This document shows, piece after piece, positions 8,142 to 16,108 of a stretch of 64,000 bases of DNA (its first letter is position 1; each line of letters begins with the position of its first letter). The notes under the pieces were generated by a model that was not told where the DNA came from, did no database searches, and saw only the letters and a list, made by a program, of their open reading frames with translations. Location: positions 577,893-641,892 of the forward strand of contig CAWDSL010000024.1 of assembly GCA_963805015.1 (NCBI GenBank). The letters are read 5' to 3'. The stretch is from an uncultured bacterium (GTDB taxonomy: Bacteria > Acidobacteriota > Aminicenantia > Aminicenantales > Saccharicenantaceae). A program made the position numbers and the translations under genes.

Positions 8142-8732
8142 ATGCCGACACCGGAGCGCATCGAGAAGGTCGAGCGGGTCCTCGCCCATCGCCAGTCCGA
8201 CCTGCGGGTCGTCCTCGAGGGCGTGACCCTGGCCCACAACGCCAGCGCCGTCATGAGGACGTGCGACGCGGCCGGCGTCCTCCACCTCGATCTCATCGGC
8301 CCGAACGCCGAAGCCCTGCGGCCCAACAAGGCCATCTCGACCAGGGCCGACAAATGGCTGGAGATCTCGGTCCACCCGACCCCGGCGGCTTGCCTCAAGC
8401 CGCTCAAGGACGCTGGCTACGAGATCCTGGCGACCCACCTCCGCAAGGACTCCGTCCCCTACACGGAGATCGATCTCGCCCGGCCGGTCGCCCTCGTCTT
8501 CGGCAGCGAGGCCGAAGGCATCACGGACGAATGCCTGGCCCTGGCCGACCGGGTCGTCCGCATCCCCATGTTCGGCATGGTCCAGAGCCTCAACCTGTCC
8601 GTGTCGGTGGCGATCATGCTGTTCGAGGCGCTGCGGCAAAGGGAGGCCCGGGGCTACCGGGACCGGGCGCGGCTTCCGGCCGGGGAGATCGAGAGTCTCA
8701 GGAAGAGCTGGCTGAACATCGGCGAGGAATAG
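8142..8732 (+). CDS. trmH: tRNA (guanosine-2'-O)-methyltransferase, SpoU/TrmH family
   Basis: 196 aa. Motifs: RQSDLRVVLEGVTLAHNASAVMRTCDAAGV, LVFGSEAEGI, IPMFGMVQSLNLSVSVAI (SPOUT knot motifs). Confidence 0.85.
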   Translation: MPTPERIEKVERVLAHRQSDLRVVLEGVTLAHNASAVMRTCDAAGVLHLDLIGPNAEALRPNKAISTRADKWLEISVHPTPAACLKPLKDAGYEILATHLRKDSVPYTEIDLARPVALVFGSEAEGITDECLALADRVVRIPMFGMVQSLNLSVSVAIMLFEALRQREARGYRDRARLPAGEIESLRKSWLNIGEE

Positions 8733-8733
8733 G

Positions 8734-8771
8734 AAAAAAAACGGGGACACGTACCAAGGGCACATGTCCCC
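8734..8771 (-). terminator. intrinsic terminator of the HtrA-like gene; also copy 2 of the repeated hairpin element
   Basis: Minus strand reads GGGGACA-(15-nt loop)-TGTCCCC followed by T8. It lies between the convergent trmH and HtrA-like genes. Confidence 0.65.
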
Positions 8772-8798
8772 TCGAGAAAATAGACCGGAGCAGGTCTC

Positions 8799-10385
8799 TC
8801 AGATCCTTCGCTGTCCGCCCCGCACCGAGAGCTTCTTCAGGCTCTGCCGGAGCTCGGGCATCCCCTCGGACTGCCACTTGCCGAGCTCTTTGCGGAAGGC
8901 GTCCGTGTATCCTTGCCAGGACTCCAGGAAGCTCTGCATTTCGCGAGATTCGAAGTCGTCTCCGCTCTTGTCCTCCTGGACCTCGACGTCCAGATTCGTC
9001 GTCTTGCGGTCCCGCACGATCTCCAGCTTGATCTTGGCCCCCTTCTCTTTGGCTTGCACGATATCGAGGAGTCCGTTGAGGGTCTCGACGCGCGTCCCGT
9101 CCACCTTGACGATGACGTCGCCGACCTTGACCTTGGCCTTCTCCGCGGGACCGCCCTCGGTCAGCCGGGAGACGAGCAGGCCCGTCCCCTCCTTGACCCC
9201 GAAGTGCTCGGCCAATTCGCGGTTGAGCTCCTCGCAGTAGACGCCGATGTACTTGCGGGTCTCCACGGTCCATTCGAACGAGCGCGGCGCGCCGGGCGGC
9301 TTCGGCTTGACCGCCACGTTCGGCGGGACGTCCCCGAAGAGGCCCGGGAAGCGGACGTCCATCTCCTTGAAGGCGTCGGCCTCGGCCAACTCGCCGAGTT
9401 TGACCTTGACGTCCAGGGGTTTTCCGTCGCGCTCGATCTTCAAGGTGACGTCCTGCCCCGGCTTCATCTTGCGGATCGCCGCGGCCAGCACGTCGGGGCC
9501 GGACACGTCCTTGTCGCCGATCTTGAGGACGACGTCGCCGGGCCTGAGCTTGGCCAGCTCGGCCGGACTGTCGTTGTCGACCGTGCCGATCACGGTCCGG
9601 CCTTCCGGATCCTCGCCGATGCCGACGCCCATCCAACCCCGCTCGACCTTGCCCTTGTCCTTGATCTGGCCGACGACGTCCATGACGATGTCGACGGGGA
9701 CGGCCAGGGCCATGCCCGACGAGGGCGCCTGGGCGCGGTTGCTGAGGACGACTCCGGAGCCGGCCTGGGCCTTGTCGCGGAACTGGAAGACGACGGGGCG
9801 CTCGTCCATGTAGATGCCCCGCAGCAGGCCGACCAGGCGGCCGTTCGCGTCGACCACCGGGCCGCCGCTCGAACCGGGCGTCACCCAGACGTTGAGGCGG
9901 ATCTTGTCCGCGGCGACGGAGCTGACGATGCCCTGGGTCACGGCCGCGGTCTCCTCGGGGGAGATGCCGACGACGCAGATCCAGGAGCCGGGCGCGAGGT
10001 CGGCCGGCTTGCCCAGGGCGAGCGCCGGCAGTCCGGCGTCCTTGGCCTTGAGCAGGGCCAGCTGGGTCTCGGTGTCGAAGCCCAGGAACTCGGCTTCGAT
10101 CTTCTTCCCTTCCGAGGTGGTGACGGTGATCTTCTCCTCGCGCGGGGACATCAGGGCCGTGGTGACGATGTAGCCGCCCTTGTCGACGACGATCCCCGTC
10201 GCCACGCGGCGGGTCCCATTCCGGGCCTCGACGCGGACGACCGAGGGATAGACCTTCTTGGCGACGCCCGCGATGTCGGGCTCGCCGCCGATACCGTTCG
10301 TCCCGGGCGTCTCGGTCCCGAAGGACGGGGCCAGGACGGCCAGGGTGGCCATGACCACGAGGGCCGGTTTAAGCATCCTGTTCAT
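8799..10385 (-). CDS. HtrA/DegP-like protein (trypsin-like domain plus two PDZ domains) lacking catalytic His and Asp
   Basis: 528 aa with a signal peptide. GSSGGP serine motif is present. The usual TNxHV is TTALM and the usual DxAxLK is TQLALLK. There is no His anywhere in the protease domain. GGAGGA upstream of the ATG. Confidence 0.85.
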   Translation of the reverse strand: MNRMLKPALVVMATLAVLAPSFGTETPGTNGIGGEPDIAGVAKKVYPSVVRVEARNGTRRVATGIVVDKGGYIVTTALMSPREEKITVTTSEGKKIEAEFLGFDTETQLALLKAKDAGLPALALGKPADLAPGSWICVVGISPEETAAVTQGIVSSVAADKIRLNVWVTPGSSGGPVVDANGRLVGLLRGIYMDERPVVFQFRDKAQAGSGVVLSNRAQAPSSGMALAVPVDIVMDVVGQIKDKGKVERGWMGVGIGEDPEGRTVIGTVDNDSPAELAKLRPGDVVLKIGDKDVSGPDVLAAAIRKMKPGQDVTLKIERDGKPLDVKVKLGELAEADAFKEMDVRFPGLFGDVPPNVAVKPKPPGAPRSFEWTVETRKYIGVYCEELNRELAEHFGVKEGTGLLVSRLTEGGPAEKAKVKVGDVIVKVDGTRVETLNGLLDIVQAKEKGAKIKLEIVRDRKTTNLDVEVQEDKSGDDFESREMQSFLESWQGYTDAFRKELGKWQSEGMPELRQSLKKLSVRGGQRRI

Positions 10386-10399
10386 GGCTTTCGATCCTC

Positions 10400-10807
10400 C
10401 TAATAAATGATTTCCGAAGATACGGTCTCGGAAACCTGCTCCAGTATGTAAACCGTCTGGGGTTGGGGGCGGGCGTTGCGGTACTCGGACGCGTAGTCCA
10501 TCGGCTCGTAGACGGGGACGAGCCGGGAGCCCCCCGCGGCCTGGCCTCCCCTTCCGGGAGTGGCGGTGAGGGCCTCGCGTTCGGCGTAGGTCAGGAGGCC
10601 GCTCTCGTCCGGACGGGATGGCCCGAGGACGAGGACGGCGACGAGGATGAGGGCGGCCGAGCCGGCGAACGCGGCGCCGGCGAACGCCCGGCGCCTGGAG
10701 CGGGACCGCTCCACGCGGGCGGCGGGCAGCCTGGCCAGCACGCCCTCCTCGAAGGCCGCGGGGGCCTTGACCTTGGTCATTTTGACGAGAAGCTCATGCC
10801 CTTCCAT
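10400..10807 (-). CDS. probable anti-sigma factor (single-pass membrane protein)
   Basis: 135 aa with one TM segment (AFAGAAFAGSAALILVAVLVLG). It overlaps the 3' end of the upstream ECF sigma gene by 14 nt. The assignment rests on position only. Confidence 0.6.
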   Translation of the reverse strand: MEGHELLVKMTKVKAPAAFEEGVLARLPAARVERSRSRRRAFAGAAFAGSAALILVAVLVLGPSRPDESGLLTYAEREALTATPGRGGQAAGGSRLVPVYEPMDYASEYRNARPQPQTVYILEQVSETVSSEIIY

Positions 10808-11378
10808 GTTCGCTCACCTCTTTCTCGGCCGCGAAGGACTGGCCGTCGCGGGCCTTTTCGAGCTTCCGCCGGAGCTGTTCCCGGCCGCGGCTGATCCGGG
10901 CCTTGACGGTCCCGACCGGCCGCTTGATGATCCGGGCGATCTCCTCCTGCGAGAAGCCCTCCATGTCCTTGAGGACGACGGGGACCCGGTAGCGGGGGTG
11001 GAGCTCGTCCAAGGCCTCGCGGAGGTTGCGGACGAGCCCGGGATCGGCCGGGTCCTCGTAATAGGTGCCGCTTGAAAAATTGTTGGGGATGTCCTCGAGG
11101 GACACGGTGGACATCTTGCGCGACCGGCGGCACTCGGTCTTGGCCAGGTTCGAGGCGATCGTGTAGATCCAGGCCGAGAGCGGGGCGATCGGCTTGTACC
11201 GGTCGGCCTTGAAGTAGACCCGGATGAAAGTCTCCTGGGCCAGCTCGACGGCCTTCTGGTAATCGCCCGAGAACTGGTACAGATAGTTCACGATCTTGTC
11301 CTTATATATGGCCATGATCTGGCCGAACGCCCACTCATCCCCGTTCTGGACGCGGCGGATCAGCTCTTGTTCGTCCAT
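10794..11378 (-). CDS. ECF-type RNA polymerase sigma-70 factor
   Basis: 194 aa with region 2 (FGQIMAIYKDKIVNYLYQFSGDYQKAVELAQETFIRVY) and region 4 HTH (FSQEEIARIIKRPVGTVKARISRGREQLR). Confidence 0.9.
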   Translation of the reverse strand: MDEQELIRRVQNGDEWAFGQIMAIYKDKIVNYLYQFSGDYQKAVELAQETFIRVYFKADRYKPIAPLSAWIYTIASNLAKTECRRSRKMSTVSLEDIPNNFSSGTYYEDPADPGLVRNLREALDELHPRYRVPVVLKDMEGFSQEEIARIIKRPVGTVKARISRGREQLRRKLEKARDGQSFAAEKEVSEHGRA

Positions 11379-11567
11379 ACTCGCTACCTAAAACCCGGTT
11401 CTCCCCGAGAAAGTTACATTTCCGGCCCTTTTATTATAGCAATTTGCGCCCCCATCTGCCTGCCATCGGCCGCTGAGAGGCAGCGAGGAGGGAGAGGGCG
11501 GCCTCTGAGCCGCCTGGCGGCCGGCAGTTGCCGGGGGGGAGGATTTGTAAGAAAATGGGCCGGGAAC

Positions 11568-11593
11568 GGAACTTTGTTCCATCCGCATCCGTC
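11568..11593 (+). promoter_or_regulatory. ECF-type promoter candidate GGAAC-N17-CGTC
   Basis: GGAAC at 11568-11572 and CGTC at 11590-11593, upstream of the second ECF sigma gene. Caveat: the implied transcription start would clip the GAGGTG Shine-Dalgarno at 11598-11603. Confidence 0.3.
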
Positions 11594-11609
11594 AACCGAG
11601 GTGAATTGA

Positions 11610-12164
11610 GTGGACTTGGAAGCGACCATCAGGGGCTGCCTGGAAGGCAGTCCGAGCGACTGGAAAGCCCTGATGGACGCCTACGCCAGGAGGATTTTTA
11701 ACATGGCCTATCAGTTCTGCGGGAGCCGCGAGGAGGCCGAGGACCGGACCCAGGAGGTCTTCCTCAAGCTTCACGGCGCCCTGCCGAAATACGACTTCGG
11801 CAAGAACTTCACGGCCTGGCTCCTGACCCTGGCCAAGAACCACCTCATCGACGAGTATCGCCGGACCAAGTGGGAGAAGACGCAGCGGGACGAGTTCGAC
11901 GAGCGCGTCCTGTCGCAGCCGGCCCACTCCGGACCGGAGGACGACCTCGTCGCCGGGGAGACCAAAGCCCTCGTCTGGGAAGGTCTGAACCGGCTGTCGG
12001 CGGACATGCGGATGGTCCTCATCCTGAGGGACCTCCAGGGCCAGAGCTACGAAGAGGTCGCCGATGTCCTCGGCCTGCCCCTGGGAACGGTCAAGTCGCG
12101 CGTCAACCGGGCGCGGCTCCAGTTGGCCCAGGTCCTCAGGGAAAAACGCGGAGGCATCCAATGA
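11610..12164 (+). CDS. ECF-type RNA polymerase sigma-70 factor (second, divergent)
   Basis: 184 aa, GTG start with GAGGTG 6 nt upstream. Regions 2 and 4 recognisable (SYEEVADVLGLPLGTVKSRVNRARLQL). Confidence 0.9.
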   Translation: MDLEATIRGCLEGSPSDWKALMDAYARRIFNMAYQFCGSREEAEDRTQEVFLKLHGALPKYDFGKNFTAWLLTLAKNHLIDEYRRTKWEKTQRDEFDERVLSQPAHSGPEDDLVAGETKALVWEGLNRLSADMRMVLILRDLQGQSYEEVADVLGLPLGTVKSRVNRARLQLAQVLREKRGGIQ

Positions 12165-12685
12165 CCTGCAAGCGGATCGAACAGCTCCTGTCGGCCTACC
12201 TCGAGGGCGGCCTCTCCGCCGCGGAGAAGGCCCGAGTGGACGGCCACCTCGCCGGCTGCCCGGAGTGCGCCTCGCTCCTCGCCCTGATGAAGGAGACGAT
12301 GGCCGCGACGGCGGGCTTCCCCGAGGCCGAGCCTTCCGACGGATTGATGGCCCGGCTCTACGCCATTCCGGAGGAAGCCGCGACCCGGGCGGAGAAGAAG
12401 CGGTTCTTCCGCACGGCGTTCGATTGGCTGGGGCGGCCCTCGCTCCAGCCGGTCTACGCCGCCTTCTCCGTCGTCCTGATGGTCCTGTCCTTCGTCCTGT
12501 TCCACCCGGAGGCCCGGGGCATCCGCAAGGCGGTCAACGTCCAATTCCACCGGAGCATCGGCGCGGTCGAGAAGCTCTACGCCGAGGCCGGCGGGATCAA
12601 GGGCGAGATCCGGGCGCTGTCGGCCAACGTGGTCAAGTCGTTCAACACCCTGGGCCTCGCCGGGGGAAACGAAAATAAGCAATGA
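12161..12685 (+). CDS. zf-HC2 anti-sigma factor, membrane-anchored
   Basis: ATG at 12161 overlaps the sigma stop (ATGA). N-terminal H-x3-C-x2-C motif (HLAGCPEC) and one TM segment (VYAAFSVVLMVLSFVLF). Confidence 0.85.
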   Translation: MTCKRIEQLLSAYLEGGLSAAEKARVDGHLAGCPECASLLALMKETMAATAGFPEAEPSDGLMARLYAIPEEAATRAEKKRFFRTAFDWLGRPSLQPVYAAFSVVLMVLSFVLFHPEARGIRKAVNVQFHRSIGAVEKLYAEAGGIKGEIRALSANVVKSFNTLGLAGGNENKQ

Positions 12686-12707
12686 CATCTCTTACGGAGG
12701 TATGAGA

Positions 12708-13193
12708 ATGGAAGACAACAAAGTCGTTCCGCAGAGGCCGATGAAGTCGCCGGGCTTCGCCGGTGTCCTGGGCATGTTCCCCTTCGGCGTCGGCGCCCTC
12801 TACAACGGCCAGTACACCAAGGCCCTGCTCCACCTGGTCATCTTCTCCGGGCTCGTCCACATGCAGGGCCGGGGCGGCGGGCAGCCGTTCATCGGGCTGG
12901 TCCTGGCCGGTTTCATCGTCTACCAGTTCTTCGACAACATCCAGTCGGCCAAGGCCATCAACGCGGCCGCCGCCGGCCAGGCCGTGGCCGCCAACCAGGT
13001 CCTGCCCGAGATCCCCTCCCAGGGTTCGATCTTCTGGGGCGTCGTCCTCATCGCCCTGGGCGGACTGCTCATCCTGGCCAACTTCGAGATCATCAACTAC
13101 GACACGCTCTTCGACTTCTGGCCCGTCGCGGTCATCGTCCTCGGGCTCAAGCTCGTCTTCGACGCCGTGGCCAAGTCCAGGAACGGCAAGTAA
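12708..13193 (+). CDS. membrane protein with TM2-like N-terminal part and LiaF/LiaI-like (DUF5668-like) C-terminal TM region
   Basis: Multi-TM ORF. I prefer ATG 12708 (GGAGG 7 nt upstream) over ATG 12702 (1-nt spacing). The C-terminal motif WGVVLIALGGLLILANF...FWPVAVIVLGLKLV recurs in the next gene. Confidence 0.7.
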   Translation: MEDNKVVPQRPMKSPGFAGVLGMFPFGVGALYNGQYTKALLHLVIFSGLVHMQGRGGGQPFIGLVLAGFIVYQFFDNIQSAKAINAAAAGQAVAANQVLPEIPSQGSIFWGVVLIALGGLLILANFEIINYDTLFDFWPVAVIVLGLKLVFDAVAKSRNGK

Positions 13194-13205
13194 CGGAGGT
13201 ATCAC

Positions 13206-13430
13206 ATGTCCAACGCGAAAAGAAGCGGTTCCCTCGTTTGGGGCATCATCCTGATCGTCGTCGGGGCGATCTTCCTGCTCGAGCAGTTCGACATCGACGT
13301 CTTCGACCAGGTCTGGCGCTTCTGGCCCGTCATTCTGATCGTCTGGGGCGCCAACAAGCTCTGGCTCGGCCTCAAGGAGCGCAACGAGCGCGGCGGGACG
13401 CCCGGTTCGGACAAGACCCATGAAGTTTAA
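13206..13430 (+). CDS. small membrane protein, LiaF/LiaI-like TM (DUF5668-like)
   Basis: 74 aa, GGAGG 6 nt upstream. Motif: WGIILIVVGAIFLLEQF...FWPVILIVWGANKL. Confidence 0.75.
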   Translation: MSNAKRSGSLVWGIILIVVGAIFLLEQFDIDVFDQVWRFWPVILIVWGANKLWLGLKERNERGGTPGSDKTHEV

Positions 13431-14754
13431 AGAGGTTTTCCTCGTCGTCGTCCTGATCCTGGCGGGGCTCGTCCTCTTCCAGTTCAAGACGGGGAAGTGG
13501 AACCTCGACGACGTGGGCTGGAATTGGGGAGACGACTTCTTCGACACCGGGTTCGTCGTCGGCCGCGAATACGCCGTGGAGGAGACCCGAACGATCGAGG
13601 CTCCCCTGCCGCCGGCGATCGAGATCGAGAACGGCCACGGCTGGGTCGAGGTCCGCGGCGCCGATCGCGACGACATCCAGCTGACCTTCAAGAAGGTCGT
13701 CTGGCGCCGGAAGGAAGACGAGGCCAGGGACATCGCCGGCCGGCTCAAGTACGAGCTGACGACGACGGCCGACAAGCTGGCCGTGAAGACCAACCGGGAC
13801 GAATTCCGCAGGAAGAACTTCGAGACCGGCTTCGTCCTGACCGTCCCCCGGGCGATGGCCGTCCGCGTCGCCAACGCCTACGGCGTCGTCCGCGTCGACG
13901 GGGTCAAAGAGGCGACGGTCCTCAACCGCCACGGCGAGCTCTACGCCACCAACGTGGACGGCCCGTGCGTTCTCGAGACGAGCTACGAGGACCTCGACGT
14001 CCAGAGCATCAAGGGGGAGTGCCGGCTCGTCAACAGCCACGCCGACGTCCGGGCCGTTTCGGTCACGGGCGACCTGCGGATCGAGACGAGCTACGCCCGC
14101 ATCCGGGTCGAGGACGCCGGGGGGACGGCCGACCTGCGCGGCAACAACGTCGACGTCGACGCCCGGCGCGTCGCCGGGGCGGTCACGGTCGAGACCTCCT
14201 ATGAGAAGGTCGCCCTCGCCGACGTCGGGCCCGCGGTCGTCACCGGGAACAACATGTCCGTCTTCGCCGAGAACGTCCGCGGCGACCTGGAGGTCCGGAC
14301 GAGCTACGAGCCGGTCCGGGTCCGGGGCGTCCAGGGCAACTTCACGGTCGAGGCCCACAACGCTTCCGTCGAGGCCGCCGGCGTGGGCGGCTCCGAGATC
14401 TCGGTCACGACCTCCTACGAGCCCGTCGTGCTGACGGATTTCTCGGCCGAGCTCAAGGTCTCCTGCCGCAACGGCGGCGTGACGCTCCAGCCCCTCGACC
14501 TCAAGCACGGCATGGACGTCCAGAACGAATATGGGACGATCGATCTCTCCTGGCCGTCGGGGGAAGTCGCCCGGCTCGAAGCCCGCTCCAAGGGCGGGTC
14601 CGTGTCCTGGGGCCTCCCGGATAAGCCGGACGTCGACCGGACCAACGGCGAATCCCTGATCAAGGCCTTCTCGGCCAGCGCCGGGGCCCCGCTGATCACG
14701 CTCTCCACGACGTACGACAGCATCAGGATCAAGGAAGGCACCCGGAAGTTTTAG
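13420..14754 (+). CDS. DUF4097 (toastrack) beta-strand repeat protein with N-terminal TM anchor
   Basis: 444 aa. At least six periodic repeats of the type (E/T)TSYExhxh: ETSYEDLDV, ETSYARIRV, ETSYEKVAL, RTSYEPVRV, TTSYEPVVL, STTYDSIRI. Confidence 0.85.
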   Translation: MKFKEVFLVVVLILAGLVLFQFKTGKWNLDDVGWNWGDDFFDTGFVVGREYAVEETRTIEAPLPPAIEIENGHGWVEVRGADRDDIQLTFKKVVWRRKEDEARDIAGRLKYELTTTADKLAVKTNRDEFRRKNFETGFVLTVPRAMAVRVANAYGVVRVDGVKEATVLNRHGELYATNVDGPCVLETSYEDLDVQSIKGECRLVNSHADVRAVSVTGDLRIETSYARIRVEDAGGTADLRGNNVDVDARRVAGAVTVETSYEKVALADVGPAVVTGNNMSVFAENVRGDLEVRTSYEPVRVRGVQGNFTVEAHNASVEAAGVGGSEISVTTSYEPVVLTDFSAELKVSCRNGGVTLQPLDLKHGMDVQNEYGTIDLSWPSGEVARLEARSKGGSVSWGLPDKPDVDRTNGESLIKAFSASAGAPLITLSTTYDSIRIKEGTRKF

Positions 14755-14774
14755 ATTTTTTTCAGCGATCCACG

Positions 14775-14807
14775 CGGCCGGTCCCCTCCGGACCGGCCGT
14801 TCTTTTT
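14775..14807 (+). terminator. rho-independent terminator of the ECF/toastrack operon
   Basis: CGGCCGGTCC (14775-14784) pairs with GGACCGGCCG (14790-14799), a 10-bp stem with a 5-nt loop, followed by TTCTTTTT. Confidence 0.8.
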
Positions 14808-15159
14808 ATGCCTGGCTGTTTTCGGGATGACGTCCGATGCGAAGCGGCGAGGGATATCTCCTCGCAGATCCCCGTTGCTGGAGGGGGGCGGCAGGGAGCG
14901 GAGTCTGCGGAGCGACCATCAGCGCCGCCCAGAAGTGACCCGGAGGGACGGCGCTGAAAAATATCGGGAAAGGCGCTATTTATAGAGATCTCGCAGGATC
15001 GGGACTCCGGGTGCTACGTCCCATTCTGCCTGGTCGCTCACCGGGGTTCGCTCCCCGCTGCCAGGGGGCCCGGGGAGCTAGAGGCATATCCCGAGCAATA
15101 ATCCCGAGAGACGGACGTCTCGGAATACGGGAGAAGAACTTTTTTGCCCGCGGGGTTGA

Positions 15160-16059
15160 TCAGCTGTGCTTGGACCGGCAGGCGTGGATGCGCTGGGCGA
15201 TGACCCCGGTGACCTTGATGTTGAAGTACGAGATCAGGTTGGTCACGTCCTTCTTGAACTTCGTGACGTAACGCACGAAGTCCGAGCGCTCTTTGAAACG
15301 CAGGAGGTTCTCGAACTCGGCGACGGTCTCGTGGAGCTCGATGACGTAGTGGTTGATCGTCCGGTACTGGGCGTTGATCTCGATGAGGTCCTTGCCCGAG
15401 AGCTTGGCGTAGTCCGGGTGCGGCGGCAGGCTCTGCAGGATGAGCAGGCCCTCGTTGTGGAGCTCGCCCACCGAATCCCCGATCTCCTGGAAATAGGAGC
15501 CGAAGTCCTGGGCCTTCTTGAGCTTGGACCCGGCCCGCTCGGACAGCCGTTCGAACTGGGCCTTGAGCGAGACCACGGTGTCCTTGAGGCCGAAGTACTT
15601 GCGGCTGGGCGTGAACAAGTCGACGAAGTCCCGCCCGATGTAGATCTTGTCTTCGTAGCGGGACAGGAGCTCCTGGGGCGAATGCGTGTAGAACTTGATC
15701 TCGAAGCGCCGCCCGTCGGAGTCGCGCTCCCGGAGCCGGGCCAGGACGAGGCCGTTGTTCTGCTCGATGAAGTAGCTGCTGACGTCGACGAGCACGGAAT
15801 ACTCGGCCAGGTTCTGGACGATGGCCTCCTTGAGGTAATCGAGGAGGGTCTCGTTGCGGGTGATGAACTCGGTGATGCCCTCGTCCGAGGTCGGATTGAG
15901 GACGGAATAGCTCGGCGAGAGCAGGTAGAGGACGGGGCCGCGGCCGAGCTCGAGGTGGAGGTTCTTGAGGACGCTCTGGTAGAGATCGTCGAGCAGGAGG
16001 GGCTTGAGCGGCGGAAGCCCCGCCGGGTCCAGCTTGGAAAGCTCTTCCACTTCGTTCAT
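15160..16059 (-). CDS. hypothetical protein, no family recognised
   Basis: 299-aa ORF with balanced, non-shadow amino-acid composition, 49 nt downstream of the lipoate-ligase-like gene on the same strand. Confidence 0.75.
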   Translation of the reverse strand: MNEVEELSKLDPAGLPPLKPLLLDDLYQSVLKNLHLELGRGPVLYLLSPSYSVLNPTSDEGITEFITRNETLLDYLKEAIVQNLAEYSVLVDVSSYFIEQNNGLVLARLRERDSDGRRFEIKFYTHSPQELLSRYEDKIYIGRDFVDLFTPSRKYFGLKDTVVSLKAQFERLSERAGSKLKKAQDFGSYFQEIGDSVGELHNEGLLILQSLPPHPDYAKLSGKDLIEINAQYRTINHYVIELHETVAEFENLLRFKERSDFVRYVTKFKKDVTNLISYFNIKVTGVIAQRIHACRSKHS

Positions 16060-16108
16060 GGCGTCGACCTCTCTCTGCGCCGAGTGTAGACCGGGACGCG
16101 GGCGAAAG

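Noticed and set aside
14808-15159. Possibility that the structured gap is RNase P RNA, tmRNA, SRP RNA or 6S RNA
   Set aside because: I could not find the universal cores of RNase P RNA (GGAAAGUCCGG), tmRNA (tRNA-like acceptor end GGUUCGAAUCC...ACCA plus a tag ORF) or SRP RNA (GGAA-capped domain IV with AGCA/GGAAG loops). 6S RNA cannot be judged by eye. The region is kept as an unassigned candidate in the findings.
15011-15271. 86-aa plus-strand ORF in the structured gap
   Set aside because: It is Arg/Gly/Pro-rich, has no Shine-Dalgarno, and its 3' third overlaps the well-supported minus-strand gene 15160..16059.
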